A DNA stretch of 63,430 bases from an uncultured Bacilli bacterium. Lineage in GTDB: Bacteria; Bacillota_I; Bacilli_A; RF39; UBA660. Each line of letters starts with the position of its first letter. Positions within the stretch are counted from its first letter, which is position 1. Below the pieces are notes generated by a model that ran no database searches, was not told where the DNA came from, and was given only the letters and a program-made list of their open reading frames with translations. The position numbers were made by a program, and so were the translations under genes. Of this stretch, positions 9,968-21,028 are shown one piece after another. The DNA lies in contig CALVPR010000002.1 of the NCBI GenBank assembly GCA_944351765.1, positions 1 through 63,430 on the forward strand. Direction: 5' to 3'.

Positions 9968-11794
9968 TCACTTCTTTCTTATTTTTCTTTTTGATACTAA
10001 ATAATTATATTCACTAGCAAACAAAGCATTATTTTTTATTCGTTCATTAAGATAAGGGCAAACTTCTTTTACAACATTTTCCCAATAATAAATTGTTTTT
10101 TCATCTACCCTATTATTAAACACTATATCATACATAATATATTGTCCTAAAGCATCAGCATATCTTCTAAGAGGACTAGTAGAATGTGAATAATAATTAG
10201 TTCCTAATCCATGATGGGGACTACTAATACTAGAATATTCAGCATTTAAATACTTTTCCTTTACCGCTTTTAATATTCTAGCACATTTAGGATTATTTAA
10301 CAATGTTTTTCTATCAATACCTAATAATAACATTATATCTTGATCTATTTCCGAAGTAGGAGCATTATGTATTCTATGAATATAAGGATAACCTCTATCT
10401 ACAAAATAACGATCAACACTACTATTAACTAAAATCATCATTTCCTGAACTATTTTTGCAGCATTTGACTTATCGGCAATCAAACTATTAGTCTTCTTCC
10501 CAGTTGTTTTATTTTCTGCTGCCCTGTAAATATCTTTATGAATATTATTATTTTTTAATATAGTTGTTATAAAGTCTAATGCCTTTAGTCTTGTATTCAA
10601 ATCATTTAAGTCTTCCCTTTGCAATCTTTTATCAACATTATTATAACTAAGGCATCTATCAACTTTAATAACTCCTCTTTTCATAATAAAACTATCCAAA
10701 TCAATTTCAAAATGTGGAGTTATTAAATATTTATAAGTAATCACATTTCTAGTTTTACCTTCTAATAATGATCCTATATTATTAGAAACATTTTCTGGAT
10801 ACATGGTAAATTCTGAATCCCTTAAATATATAGTTTCAGCATTCTTATATGCTCGCAAATCTAAATAATCATCCTTCTTTATTAATGATGGAACATCAGA
10901 TATATGAATATATAATGTATATGTACCATCTTTATTTTTTTCTATATATAATGCATCATCATTACACTCATTGCCCTCATCATCTATTGTAAAGACTTTC
11001 TGATATCTATAATCATGTCTCATATATTCACATATATTTGTATCTTGTTTTATATATAAAAGATTATTATTATAAGAAACATCATATTTATCAATTAATT
11101 CATCGACTGTTATAATTATATCTTGAAATCTTTTAGCTAATAATTGAACATGCTTTTTATCATTATATAATTTTAAAATATCGAGAAATTTATTTTTTTG
11201 TTTAGAAATTTCATTGCTAAAATGACCCTTTATTAATATCATAATTACTTTGTAATAATATTTAATATCTTCTTCATTACTTAAAACACAATATTTTTCT
11301 AAAATATTTACCAATACTTGTTCAAATTGACTATATTCTAAATTTTTCTTATTTCCTAATATTGCTTCTATTTTATCAATCTCTTTATCTTTATATATTA
11401 TCTTTTCTAAAATACTAACCACATTTTTATATTTTTTATTCTTTTCTTTATCTTTAATTAAATTTGTAATTTTAAGCATTCTATCACGAACAACGGAAAT
11501 ATCATTTTTATTTTTATTATTAAAAGTAGATTCTATTCTTTTATTTAATGTATCTATTAATTGGCCTATTAAAGTAAGCCTAATTTGGTTTTTCTCTTCT
11601 TCAACAATATATTCTAACTCCTTAAATATATCTTGAATTTTATTTTCATTTTTTTTAGATTTTTTTAATAATACATATAATGCACCAATCATTCCTTTTA
11701 CAACATTTTCAAAATTATCATCAATATATTCTTCAAGTTCACATATCTCAATATCATAGTTTAATATTTTTTGTTCAATCTCCCTATTACTCAT
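9968..11794 (-). CDS. RNB-domain 3'-5' exoribonuclease (RNase II/R family) with a divergent N-terminal region
   Basis: 608 aa. RNB motifs FTIDDEGNECNDDALY and HHGLGTNYYSHSTSPLRRYADA. No obvious CSD or S1 domains. Confidence 0.7.
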   Translation of the reverse strand: MSNREIEQKILNYDIEICELEEYIDDNFENVVKGMIGALYVLLKKSKKNENKIQDIFKELEYIVEEEKNQIRLTLIGQLIDTLNKRIESTFNNKNKNDISVVRDRMLKITNLIKDKEKNKKYKNVVSILEKIIYKDKEIDKIEAILGNKKNLEYSQFEQVLVNILEKYCVLSNEEDIKYYYKVIMILIKGHFSNEISKQKNKFLDILKLYNDKKHVQLLAKRFQDIIITVDELIDKYDVSYNNNLLYIKQDTNICEYMRHDYRYQKVFTIDDEGNECNDDALYIEKNKDGTYTLYIHISDVPSLIKKDDYLDLRAYKNAETIYLRDSEFTMYPENVSNNIGSLLEGKTRNVITYKYLITPHFEIDLDSFIMKRGVIKVDRCLSYNNVDKRLQREDLNDLNTRLKALDFITTILKNNNIHKDIYRAAENKTTGKKTNSLIADKSNAAKIVQEMMILVNSSVDRYFVDRGYPYIHRIHNAPTSEIDQDIMLLLGIDRKTLLNNPKCARILKAVKEKYLNAEYSSISSPHHGLGTNYYSHSTSPLRRYADALGQYIMYDIVFNNRVDEKTIYYWENVVKEVCPYLNERIKNNALFASEYNYLVSKRKIRKK

Positions 11795-11803
11795 TATGAT
11801 CTC

Positions 11804-13609
11804 CTATTTCTTTTCTATTTCATTTGTACTTAAAACTGACAAGAAGGCTTCACTAGGTATTTCAACATGACCTATTTGTTTCATTTTTTTCTTTCCTTCT
11901 TTTTGCTTATCTAATAGTTTTCTTTTTCTTGTAATATCTCCACCATAACATTTGGCTAAAACATTTTTACGCATTGCTTTTATATCACTCCTAGCAATGA
12001 CTTTACTACCAATTACGGCTTGAATAGGTACTTCAAACATTTGCCTTGGTATAATATTTTTTAAATTATCTACAATAATTCTACCCCTTTTATAAGCAAA
12101 GTCTCTATGAACAATAACGCTTAAGGCATCAACTATATCTCCATTTAATAGTATATCCATTTTGACTAAATCACTATCTTTATTACCAATTAAATCATAA
12201 TCAAATGATGCATATCCTTTGGTATAAGATTTTAACTTATCAAAAAAATCATATACTATTTCTGATAAAGGTATTTCATAATGAATATTTACCCTAGTTT
12301 TATCTATATATTCCATTCCAATATAAGTTCCTCTTTTATCTTGGCACAACTCCATAATGCTTCCAATATAATTACTAGGAACAAATATATTAGTTCTAAT
12401 ATATGGTTCTTTTACTACTTTTATTTTAACCCTTTCAGGAAATTCAGATGGATTATCAATATAAATAATACTTCCATCAGTAAGTTCTATTTCATAAATA
12501 ACCGAAGGAGAAGTGGCTATTATATCTACTCCAAATTCTCGTTCAATTCTTTCCACGATTATTTCCATATGTAATAGTCCTAAAAATCCTGTCCTAAATC
12601 CAAATCCTAAAGTAGTTGATGTTTCCGGTTCAAATATCAATGATGCATCATTTAATTTTAGTTTTTCTAAAGCTTCTCTTAAATTAGGATATTTAGATGA
12701 ATCAATCGGATAGAGTCCACAAAAAACCATTGGTTTCATAGGTTTATATCCTTCTAAAGGTAATTCAGAGGGATTATTATTTAATGTAATAGTATCTCCA
12801 ACTTTTATATCATCAATACTTTTAATACTAGCACATATAAATCCAACATCTCCAGCTTCCAAAGAATTTACTTTCTTTTCCATTGGAGTATGATATCCGA
12901 GTTCTACAACATCATAAGTTGCACCTGTAGCCATCATTTTAATAGTGTCTCCGACTTTTAAAGTTCCTTCCATTACTCTAACTAAAGCAATTACACCTTT
13001 ATAAGAATCAAAATAACTATCAAATATTAAACACTGTAATTTATTTTCTTTTTTACCTTTGGGACAAGGTATTCTATTAATAATAGCTTCTACTAGTTTA
13101 TCTATACCCTCACCTGTTTTAGCAGATGTAAGAATTACTTCTTCTTTCTTAAAACCAAAAGTATCTTCTAATTCTTTAAGTCTACTTTCAATATCAGCAT
13201 TAGGTAAATCTATTTTATTTATAACAGGAATTATTTCTAAATCATTTTCTATTGCTAAATAAACATTGGCAAGAGTTTGGGCTTCTATTCCTTGAGCAGC
13301 ATCTACTATCAAGATAGCACCTTCGCAAGAAGCTAAACTACGAGATACTTCATAGGTAAAATCGACATGACCTGGAGTATCTATTAAGTTTAAAGTATAA
13401 CCATTATAATTTAATCTAACGGCATTTAATTTAATGGTTATACCTCTTTCTCTTTCTATATCCATATTATCTAATAATTGATCTTTCATTTGTCTTTTAT
13501 CAATTGCTCCAGTATATTCCAAAATACGATCAGCAAGAGTACTCTTTCCATGATCAATATGAGCAATAATACTAAAATTTCTTACTTTTTCTGAATCCAT
13601 ATATATCAC
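11804..13609 (-). CDS. lepA: Translation elongation factor 4 (LepA)
   Basis: GTPase motifs [14 protein letters not shown] and NKID, with LepA-type length and C-terminus. The probable start is MDSEKV at 13600. Confidence 0.95.
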   Translation of the reverse strand: MIYMDSEKVRNFSIIAHIDHGKSTLADRILEYTGAIDKRQMKDQLLDNMDIERERGITIKLNAVRLNYNGYTLNLIDTPGHVDFTYEVSRSLASCEGAILIVDAAQGIEAQTLANVYLAIENDLEIIPVINKIDLPNADIESRLKELEDTFGFKKEEVILTSAKTGEGIDKLVEAIINRIPCPKGKKENKLQCLIFDSYFDSYKGVIALVRVMEGTLKVGDTIKMMATGATYDVVELGYHTPMEKKVNSLEAGDVGFICASIKSIDDIKVGDTITLNNNPSELPLEGYKPMKPMVFCGLYPIDSSKYPNLREALEKLKLNDASLIFEPETSTTLGFGFRTGFLGLLHMEIIVERIEREFGVDIIATSPSVIYEIELTDGSIIYIDNPSEFPERVKIKVVKEPYIRTNIFVPSNYIGSIMELCQDKRGTYIGMEYIDKTRVNIHYEIPLSEIVYDFFDKLKSYTKGYASFDYDLIGNKDSDLVKMDILLNGDIVDALSVIVHRDFAYKRGRIIVDNLKNIIPRQMFEVPIQAVIGSKVIARSDIKAMRKNVLAKCYGGDITRKRKLLDKQKEGKKKMKQIGHVEIPSEAFLSVLSTNEIEKK

Positions 13610-13688
13610 AACTTTCTAAAAATATTATAACAAAAAGATGATAAAAAATCTATAAATTAACTAATACCCAAATAAAAAAACTATATTT

Positions 13689-15443
13689 TTATACTCCAGT
13701 ATTTTTTCCAATACTTTTTAAATATAGTTTTCTAATAAAATCAAAAGGTATTACTGTAAATGATATTAATAACATTATTATAAATTCATTTAGGGTAAGT
13801 CCTCTTGTTCTAAATATATCTCCCCCATAATATATAAGATATATTTGAACAACAGCTACAAAAAGTATTACTGATAAGAATACTTTATTTTTATGTAATA
13901 ATGTAAAAAGATTCAACCTATGAGTTCTTGCATTAAAACTATTAAAGATACTTATAAATATAAATAAACCAAAGAATGCTGTAAGTAAATATTCATAGCT
14001 AGGGCTATATCTAAAGAAACTTCTAATAAAATGTGATTTCAAAAAAATAAAACATAATAATGAAGAATAAATACCTGTTACTAATATTTCATTTAACATA
14101 TAGTTATTTATGATGTTTTCATCTTTCTTTTTAGAAGGTTCTTTCATATATTCTAGTTTAGGACTTTCATACGAGAAAGCAAGGCCCGCTAATGTATCCA
14201 TTACCATATTAATCCATAACATTTGAATTACAGTAACAGGATAAGGAATTCCAATAAATGGTCCAATTATGGAAACACTAACAGCACATAAGTTTACAGT
14301 TAATTGAAATATAATAAACTTTCTAATACTTTTAAAGATTGTTCTTCCATATAGTATTGCTTTAGTAATTGATAAAAAGTTATTATCTAATATTACAATA
14401 TCTGATGCTTCTTTTGCTACTTCAGTTCCACTTCCCATAGCAAAACCAACGTCAGCTTTCTTTAAAGCAGGAGCATCGTTTACCCCATCTCCAGTCATAC
14501 CTACAACAAGATTTAATTCTTGGGCAAGACGCACTAACCTACTTTTATCACTAGGAAGAGCTCTTGATACTATTTTAAGTCTAGGAAGTATTTGTTTTAC
14601 TTTATCATCACTCATTAAATTAAGTTCATCAGAAGTAATTACTAAATCATTATCACTATTAATTAATCCAATTTCACTTCCAATAGAAAGAGCAGTATTT
14701 TTACTATCTCCTGTTATCATAACTGTTTGAATACCAGCATCTTTTACTAAACTAATAGCATCCTTACTTTCATTTCTTATTTCATCCTTTATAAATAATA
14801 TTCCTATTAAAACAATATTATTTAAACTATCTTTATTTACTGTATTATCAGAATTAGCAATAGCAATTGCTCTTATTCCGTTTTTAGTCATATTATCTAT
14901 TTTAGATAGTATTTTATCTTTTTCTTTTAATAACATTTTATTACCATATTTGTCATAACATAAATCAGTATATTTAAGTATCTTTTCAGGAGCTCCTTTT
15001 ACTAATTTAATATTCTTATTATCTTTTGATATTATTGTTATTGAATATTTATTTTTACTATTAAATGGTAACTTATATAGTTCTTTAATATCATTATTTT
15101 TTTTAATTTTAATAAATTCTAAAAGGGACTTGTCAGTTATATTTCCCCCGATTATTTTATTTTCTACTGGGTCATATATACTATCATTATTATAGACAAG
15201 ATTGTCTACTACTAGTTCTTTATATTTAGGATAATTATTTAATTCTATACTATTATTAATTTCAAGGTTGTCCCCACTGATCATATTAATTACTTCAAGT
15301 TTTCCTTTAGTAAGAGTTCCTGTTTTATCTGTAAATAAAATATTTAAACTACCTGCAGTTTCTATTCCTACTAGTTTTCTTACTAAAACATTATTTTTAA
15401 GCATCCTTTTCATATTAGAAGATAATACCAAAGTTATCATCAT
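13689..15443 (-). pseudogene. P-type cation (Ca2+-type, P2) ATPase, C-terminal ~2/3, separated from its 5' part by the ICE
   Basis: Contains DKTGTLT, TGD, GDGVNDAPALKKADVG and C-terminal TM bundles. The ATG is preceded in frame by gaa gga ctt ccg (E-G-L-P, 15444-15455) and has no RBS of its own. Confidence 0.9.
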
Positions 15444-15475
15444 CGGAAGTCCTTCTCCTTGTATGCCGTATGGAT
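15444..15475. other. Left ICE-chromosome junction (att site)
   Basis: The host sequence ends with ...cggaagtcc-ttc. The ICE arm tccttgtatgccgtatggat (15456-15475) is an imperfect inverted copy of the right-end arm. The shared core is ttc (15453-15455). Confidence 0.75.
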
Positions 15476-15486
15476 AACGAAAAGAG

Positions 15487-17064
15487 TTAAAAATTATTCA
15501 ATTCCTTAAAATTGAAGTAAATATCCAATTGTTTATCAGCATGAACATCTATTCTATCTACTAATCTTAAAATCATCTCTCTACTCGGTTCTTTCATACT
15601 TATAAACTCTTCTAATAAATTTTTATAATCTATTTCTTGTTCAGTGCTATTGTTTTCTTCTATATATTTTTCTTTTTCACTTATTTCCAATTTTATTTCA
15701 TCGATTTCCTTATATAATTTTGCACTAATTCTATTATACATATCTTCATTTATTTTATTTTCTATTTTATCCATATATATTTTATCAAGATTACTAATTT
15801 TATTTTCTTGTTTCTCTTTTAACATATTAAGTTCATGTTTTATTTTTTCTATAGGATTTTCAAATTTTAGTTTACTTGCTTCTTTTAATAATTCTTGTTC
15901 GTTTAAATAATTTAAAGCGATATTTTTAATTGTATTTATTACAACTTGTTCTAAATAATCGTAATTAAAACCATGAGATGTGCAGACATTATATTTAGAA
16001 TTCATTCTATAATAATTACATACCGTATAAGTTCTGCCATCACTTTTTCTAGGATTACAAATACCAAGTCTATGTTTACATTCATAACAAAACAATATCC
16101 CATCCAAAAGTCTATATATTTTCTTTTCACATCTTATTGATGTTTTAGGCAACATCTTCCCAACTGTTTGAAAATCATTTTTACTAACAAGTGCCTCGTG
16201 TGTATTTTCTACTATAATCCAATCTTCCTTACGATTATTAACTACTTTCTTAATTTTATAATTAACTTTACTTCTGCGATTTTGCACCATATTTCCAGTA
16301 TATAACTCATTAGTTAAAATACCTTTAATAGTTTTTTGATTCCATATTCCACTTTTTGATTCTATTGCATGATTAATACGGTTATTGACTTTACCTTTAA
16401 TCATTGCCCTAGTAGGAATATTTTCTTCAGTTAATATCAATCTAATCTGATAAGGAGTTTTTCCCTCTAATGCCAAAGAAAATATTTTTTTAACAATATA
16501 ATCTTCTTCAGGATCAGGTACAAGATGATTTTTATCATTAGGATCAATCATATAACCAAGTGGTGGACATCCACCAACCCATAAACCTTGTTTTTGTTTT
16601 GTTCGTAATGCTACTCTAATTTTCTTTGAAATATCTTTAGCATACATATCGTTAAAAACTGCTTTAAATGGTGCCATATCATTTCCTGATGAATCATATT
16701 CTGTATCAATTCCGTCAGTTACTGCAACATATCTAACTTTTTTTGCAGGAAAATATTTTTCTATAAACTCTCCAGTACCAATATAATCTCTACCTAATCT
16801 TGACATATCTTTTGTCACAACCATATTGATTTTTCCAGTTTCAATATCATTAAGCATTCTTTGAAAAGATGGTCTATTAAAATTAGTTCCTGAAAATCCA
16901 TCGTCTACATATATATCACTTATTTCATAACCTTGTTCTCTTACCCAACTTTTTAAAAACTCTCTTTGATTGGTTATACTTTCACTTTCACCTTGTTTTT
17001 CATCTTCTCTTGATAAACGAATATAGATAGCGACTTTATAATCTTTTGTTATAACGTTATTCAT
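15487..17064 (-). CDS. Large serine recombinase (ICE integrase)
   Basis: 525 aa. Resolvase catalytic domain (VAIYIRLSREDE..SITNQ), recombinase domain, Cys-rich zinc ribbon, C-terminal coiled coil. The stop codon is 12 nt from the ICE terminal arm (31 nt from the ICE/host boundary). Confidence 0.9.
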   Translation of the reverse strand: MNNVITKDYKVAIYIRLSREDEKQGESESITNQREFLKSWVREQGYEISDIYVDDGFSGTNFNRPSFQRMLNDIETGKINMVVTKDMSRLGRDYIGTGEFIEKYFPAKKVRYVAVTDGIDTEYDSSGNDMAPFKAVFNDMYAKDISKKIRVALRTKQKQGLWVGGCPPLGYMIDPNDKNHLVPDPEEDYIVKKIFSLALEGKTPYQIRLILTEENIPTRAMIKGKVNNRINHAIESKSGIWNQKTIKGILTNELYTGNMVQNRRSKVNYKIKKVVNNRKEDWIIVENTHEALVSKNDFQTVGKMLPKTSIRCEKKIYRLLDGILFCYECKHRLGICNPRKSDGRTYTVCNYYRMNSKYNVCTSHGFNYDYLEQVVINTIKNIALNYLNEQELLKEASKLKFENPIEKIKHELNMLKEKQENKISNLDKIYMDKIENKINEDMYNRISAKLYKEIDEIKLEISEKEKYIEENNSTEQEIDYKNLLEEFISMKEPSREMILRLVDRIDVHADKQLDIYFNFKELNNF

Positions 17065-17092
17065 TATTCCTCCTCTTGTTATAACAAAACCA

Positions 17093-17236
17093 TCAATAAT
17101 ATATTAACTCTTTATTGTAATCATTACAAGTCGCATCTATATTATTTTTTATAAAATTTAAAAAAAGTTCGTTCATAAGCATTTGAAATGTATATCCATC
17201 ATTTTTATAAAATGTGTTTACCTTAAATTCATTCAT
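17093..17236 (-). CDS. Small ORF (47 aa), possible excision accessory factor
   Basis: Not in the ORF track. ATG at 17236 is preceded by GAGGTGA. Translation: MNEFKVNTFYKNDGYTFQMLMNELFLNFIKNNIDATCNDYNKELIYY. It sits directly upstream of the recombinase. The functional suggestion is pure inference. Confidence 0.3.
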   Translation of the reverse strand: MNEFKVNTFYKNDGYTFQMLMNELFLNFIKNNIDATCNDYNKELIYY

Positions 17237-17362
17237 CCTATCACCTCTAGCGAAGTATATGAACTTATTTTTTTAATTATTAATAATTTTATAAAATTTC
17301 TTTTAATTCGACAATTAAATTCTATCTTTTAACCCCACTTTCTAAATTACAATTTCAATGTT

Positions 17363-17524
17363 TTAAATATGTTTTGATTCACCAAAATATTTATCCCACA
17401 AATTTATCTCATAGAATCTGCGATGATATAAAATATATTCTATTTTGGATTTATCAGGGAACATAGTTATATATCTATGTCCCCAAAATTTAATCCATTT
17501 CCATTTTAACTTTGAAAATTTCAT
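17363..17524 (-). CDS. Small ORF (53 aa), translationally coupled to the ArdC-like gene
   Basis: Not in the ORF track. Its ATG overlaps the ArdC-like stop as ATGA (17521-17524). Translation: MKFSKLKWKWIKFWGHRYITMFPDKSKIEYILYHRRFYEINLWDKYFGESKHI. Confidence 0.35.
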   Translation of the reverse strand: MKFSKLKWKWIKFWGHRYITMFPDKSKIEYILYHRRFYEINLWDKYFGESKHI

Positions 17525-18528
17525 ACACTAACACAACTCTTTTCATTATTAGATAATTCTAAATCTCTGTTGTAAAATTTCTCAAAATTATTTATTATTC
17601 TTTTAGAATAATTCACAATAGTATTAAACGAATCATCAATCTCTTTGAAATCTCTATTTTTACTCCATGAATATAAATATGTTAACGAATAATCATTTGT
17701 ATTTAATCCTAAATATTTTGCTACTGAATAAGCAATCGCTTCTGCCTCAGTCTCATATTGATTACGATGTTCTATATAATCACGATTATTATTTTCTAAA
17801 TGCTTATGAGCAAGTGAATGAGCATACTCATGTATTAATACTTTTAGTTGCATTAATGATCCTAAACCTTTACGAACTACTATTTCTTTATTTTCAAAAT
17901 CACAATATCCTTTTGCTGTTGATTCAATTTTTTTATATTTAACTTTAAAACCATCATTATAAATAGTTTTAATAAATATATCCATTATTTCTTCAGCTTT
18001 ATTATCATTAAGAATAGGATTTAATTCTTGTTTAATAATTTCCATTGGCATATTAGTTTCTTTAGCATCAAAAACATTACCTAAACTAAACCCTGATAAT
18101 TTTTGTTTATAAAAAGATATAGAATCATCAGTTTTATCTCTATATCTTTTTTTCTCATCATCAGTTAGTAAATAATAAGGTTTTATTTCGTATTTTGTAT
18201 CATCTATTTTTATTTTTGCTAAATTATAAAAATTAGGAATAAATATTTTAATTCCTTTAGCTCCTTTGTTAATTTTATAACCCATCTTTGAAAATGTTTT
18301 AAAAGAAGATACATATTCAGCATCAGGATTTTGCAACCATATTAATATTTGATTATTAAATGAATAATTATTAAATTTTAAAATATTATCTAAAAACTTT
18401 TTTATATCACTTTTACCTTGAAATTTATTGAAAGCTTCTTTTTTAAGATTTAATAAAATATCTTTTAATTCATTTTCTATATTATCTTTTTCTTTTGTAT
18501 CTTTTGATTTTCTAAACTGAAAACCCAA
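17521..18528 (-). CDS. ArdC-like antirestriction protein (ssDNA-binding N-domain plus HExxH metallopeptidase)
   Basis: 335 aa with C-terminal LIHEYAHSLAH. The N-terminal region resembles ArdC-N. The probable start is further upstream at ATA 18559-18561, after AGGAGGG. Confidence 0.6.
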   Translation of the reverse strand: MGFQFRKSKDTKEKDNIENELKDILLNLKKEAFNKFQGKSDIKKFLDNILKFNNYSFNNQILIWLQNPDAEYVSSFKTFSKMGYKINKGAKGIKIFIPNFYNLAKIKIDDTKYEIKPYYLLTDDEKKRYRDKTDDSISFYKQKLSGFSLGNVFDAKETNMPMEIIKQELNPILNDNKAEEIMDIFIKTIYNDGFKVKYKKIESTAKGYCDFENKEIVVRKGLGSLMQLKVLIHEYAHSLAHKHLENNNRDYIEHRNQYETEAEAIAYSVAKYLGLNTNDYSLTYLYSWSKNRDFKEIDDSFNTIVNYSKRIINNFEKFYNRDLELSNNEKSCVSV

Positions 18529-18572
18529 TTCATTTATTTTTTTTAATTTTTCTTCTATTATAATTATCCCTC

Positions 18573-19142
18573 CTAAATATTAATTTTATCTAGTTCTATT
18601 TCATCATAATCGTAGTAGTTATAATGAATATTACCCAATTTTTCCATTTCATCTGACAAAGTTATATCACATTTACTGAATGTTTTATTTTTATAATCAT
18701 AAGACAAATTTATTTTATTATTGTATTCATTATCATTTATTCTTGATAAAAATAACTTATTATCATAATCAGCATTAAAATAAATATCGAAACTCCAATC
18801 ATAATTGTTTACAAGATTATTCAACTCTAACACTTTATCATATAATTCTTTTTCTAACAATTTATAATCATGATTATTTATTGATTTAAAATTATGGTTA
18901 TTCACAAATATTTTAAATTTATCATTATATTCTAACCATTTATTTGAACTTTTTAAAAATGTAATTGCAAACTTTCTTGCATCATTTATTTCATCATCAG
19001 TAAGATCATGTATATCATCATGCAATAGAAAAGCATACTTACTTAATAAATCGATAGTCATAAGGTCAACTTTATCTAAATTATATATTCTGCTTACAAG
19101 TTCTCTAATTTCACTATTTATAATTTCTTTTATAAAATCCAT
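18573..19142 (-). CDS. Acidic hypothetical protein (ICE)
   Basis: 189 aa, D/E/N-rich, tightly packed in the ArdC operon. No motif recognised. Confidence 0.4.
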   Translation of the reverse strand: MDFIKEIINSEIRELVSRIYNLDKVDLMTIDLLSKYAFLLHDDIHDLTDDEINDARKFAITFLKSSNKWLEYNDKFKIFVNNHNFKSINNHDYKLLEKELYDKVLELNNLVNNYDWSFDIYFNADYDNKLFLSRINDNEYNNKINLSYDYKNKTFSKCDITLSDEMEKLGNIHYNYYDYDEIELDKINI

Positions 19143-19143
19143 T

Positions 19144-19698
19144 TTATATTTTCATATTCCTTTCACAATTATTAATTAATACATTTAATTTGTCAGATAC
19201 GATTATCCATCTTGCAGGTATTTCACATTCCAAATACAAAGCTTTATCATTTAAAATTGTTTTTAATGATTCTTCTATACTTTCTAAACAATTATCAAAA
19301 TCTTGACCTCCATAATAAAATTCTTCATTTTCATCAACAATATAAAACTTGTTATCCTCTTCAACTAAATGGAAATTGTAAAATCCCTGATATGTATTAT
19401 TCATATTTTTTAATTTTTCTATTATTCTATCTTTTATATGTTTAATATCTTCTTTTCCGTTATCATCTACAAAAGTATAATTTATGTGAGTATTTCTAAA
19501 CTTCTCATCACTTAATAATCTATCTATTTTACATAATACTTCAATGTTAGGGGCATCATATATTAAATAAGATTTACCCTCATATATAATACCACTACCT
19601 GTTTTTTTTAATTCATCAAAAAAAGGAACTTCACTTTTTTTTACAATAATATGATAAGTTCCAATTCTCAATACAAAACTTTTATCATTCAAACTCAA
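19144..19698 (-). CDS. Hypothetical protein (ICE)
   Basis: 184 aa, lying 1 nt from the next ORF. No motif recognised. Confidence 0.4.
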   Translation of the reverse strand: MSLNDKSFVLRIGTYHIIVKKSEVPFFDELKKTGSGIIYEGKSYLIYDAPNIEVLCKIDRLLSDEKFRNTHINYTFVDDNGKEDIKHIKDRIIEKLKNMNNTYQGFYNFHLVEEDNKFYIVDENEEFYYGGQDFDNCLESIEESLKTILNDKALYLECEIPARWIIVSDKLNVLINNCERNMKI

Positions 19699-19704
19699 TG
19701 CCTC

Positions 19705-20295
19705 CTAAATTTTTATATCTTTACTATCGTTATTATTAAAAGAAATATCGTATTCTAAATTGTCATATATAAATTTTTCTAATCTTTCTTTCATATTTAA
19801 CATAAGTGTTGTATCACTACCCAAATTTAATTTAACTTCCTCAAAATAAAAATTTTCTATATCCCCATTATCTTTTTCACTAGAATAACGAAGTCCCATC
19901 TTTCCATCTAGTATTATTAAATCACACAAATATTTTTCATCTATATCCCAAAATGTTGCTAAATCATAATAATCTTCGTAATCTAAATCTTTAGCATCAA
20001 TTTCTATTCTTCTTATATCTTCAATATTGTAATTACTTTTAAATTTATAGTGATTACCTTTAAAAATTTTATCTTTAAATATATATTTTAATTTTTTAAA
20101 CACATAATCTACTGCTCCATCATAATCATCACATTTAAAATATTTAGCTGATTTCCATGCAACATCATTAAACATATCATTTATATCAGAACAAGATCTA
20201 TCTGCAGTAATAACCATAATGTTATCACTATTTCGAGATTCACAAGCCCATATTAATAGTTCATTATCAGTGGCAGGTTCATAAACAGTAAGCAT
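19705..20295 (-). CDS. Hypothetical protein (ICE); N-terminus probably extends to 20430
   Basis: 196 aa from the ATG. The same frame stays open for 45 more codons up to ATA 20428-20430, placed 6 nt after AGGAGGG. Confidence 0.4.
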   Translation of the reverse strand: MLTVYEPATDNELLIWACESRNSDNIMVITADRSCSDINDMFNDVAWKSAKYFKCDDYDGAVDYVFKKLKYIFKDKIFKGNHYKFKSNYNIEDIRRIEIDAKDLDYEDYYDLATFWDIDEKYLCDLIILDGKMGLRYSSEKDNGDIENFYFEEVKLNLGSDTTLMLNMKERLEKFIYDNLEYDISFNNNDSKDIKI

Positions 20296-20441
20296 TAATC
20301 CTTGTTCTCTACAATTATTAAATGTTTTATAATATCCCTCTAAATTATCTGATGCATTTTTAAGTTTTTCTTCTAATTTATTAAAAAAAGTTTGACTAAC
20401 TTCGAAACTCCTATTTTTTGTAATATTTATATTTATCCCTC

Positions 20442-21017
20442 CTAAATTTCAATATCTTCATCAAAAACATCAATTTCTTCAAAACTATTTCCATATTGGT
20501 CGGTTGGCTCAATATATTCACACATAATAGAAAGTGCCTCTTCATAACTATGTGAATTGGTAACTCTATTTACCATTTCTTTTGCTTGGTCATGATAACC
20601 TGCTCGTTTTAAGGCTCGAGAACATATCGCAATTAAATTAAACACATTCCCATCGGCTCCAACTATTGGTGCTTTTGGTTTTTTATTAATTTCTTTAACA
20701 TCCTTTAAATAATTATCAATATAGTCCGATAACCACATTGCACCAAGATCATTTCTTATTTTTAATCTAAATATTGCCAAATTCCCCATATCAATATTTT
20801 TATTATTAAGGGCAAAAGCAAGATTGGTTGCTCCTTCTTTTTCAAAAGAATATATTTCATCAAAAGAAAAAGAATCAGGTACGATTCTATTATCTTTTAA
20901 CATATTAGTTATTCCATCAACCCATTCATCAAGATTACCTCCACAACCTTGTAAAACAAGAAAATCATAATTTTTATTTTTTAATTTCTTTACTTCATCT
21001 AATTTTAATTTTTTCAA
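20442..21017 (-). CDS. Hypothetical protein (ICE)
   Basis: 191 aa. TTG start 6 nt after AGGAGG. The C-terminal segment VGADGNVFNLIAICSRALKRAGYHDQAKEM looks like a small helical module but was not identified. Confidence 0.4.
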   Translation of the reverse strand: MKKLKLDEVKKLKNKNYDFLVLQGCGGNLDEWVDGITNMLKDNRIVPDSFSFDEIYSFEKEGATNLAFALNNKNIDMGNLAIFRLKIRNDLGAMWLSDYIDNYLKDVKEINKKPKAPIVGADGNVFNLIAICSRALKRAGYHDQAKEMVNRVTNSHSYEEALSIMCEYIEPTDQYGNSFEEIDVFDEDIEI

Positions 21018-21028
21018 TATTATCCTCC

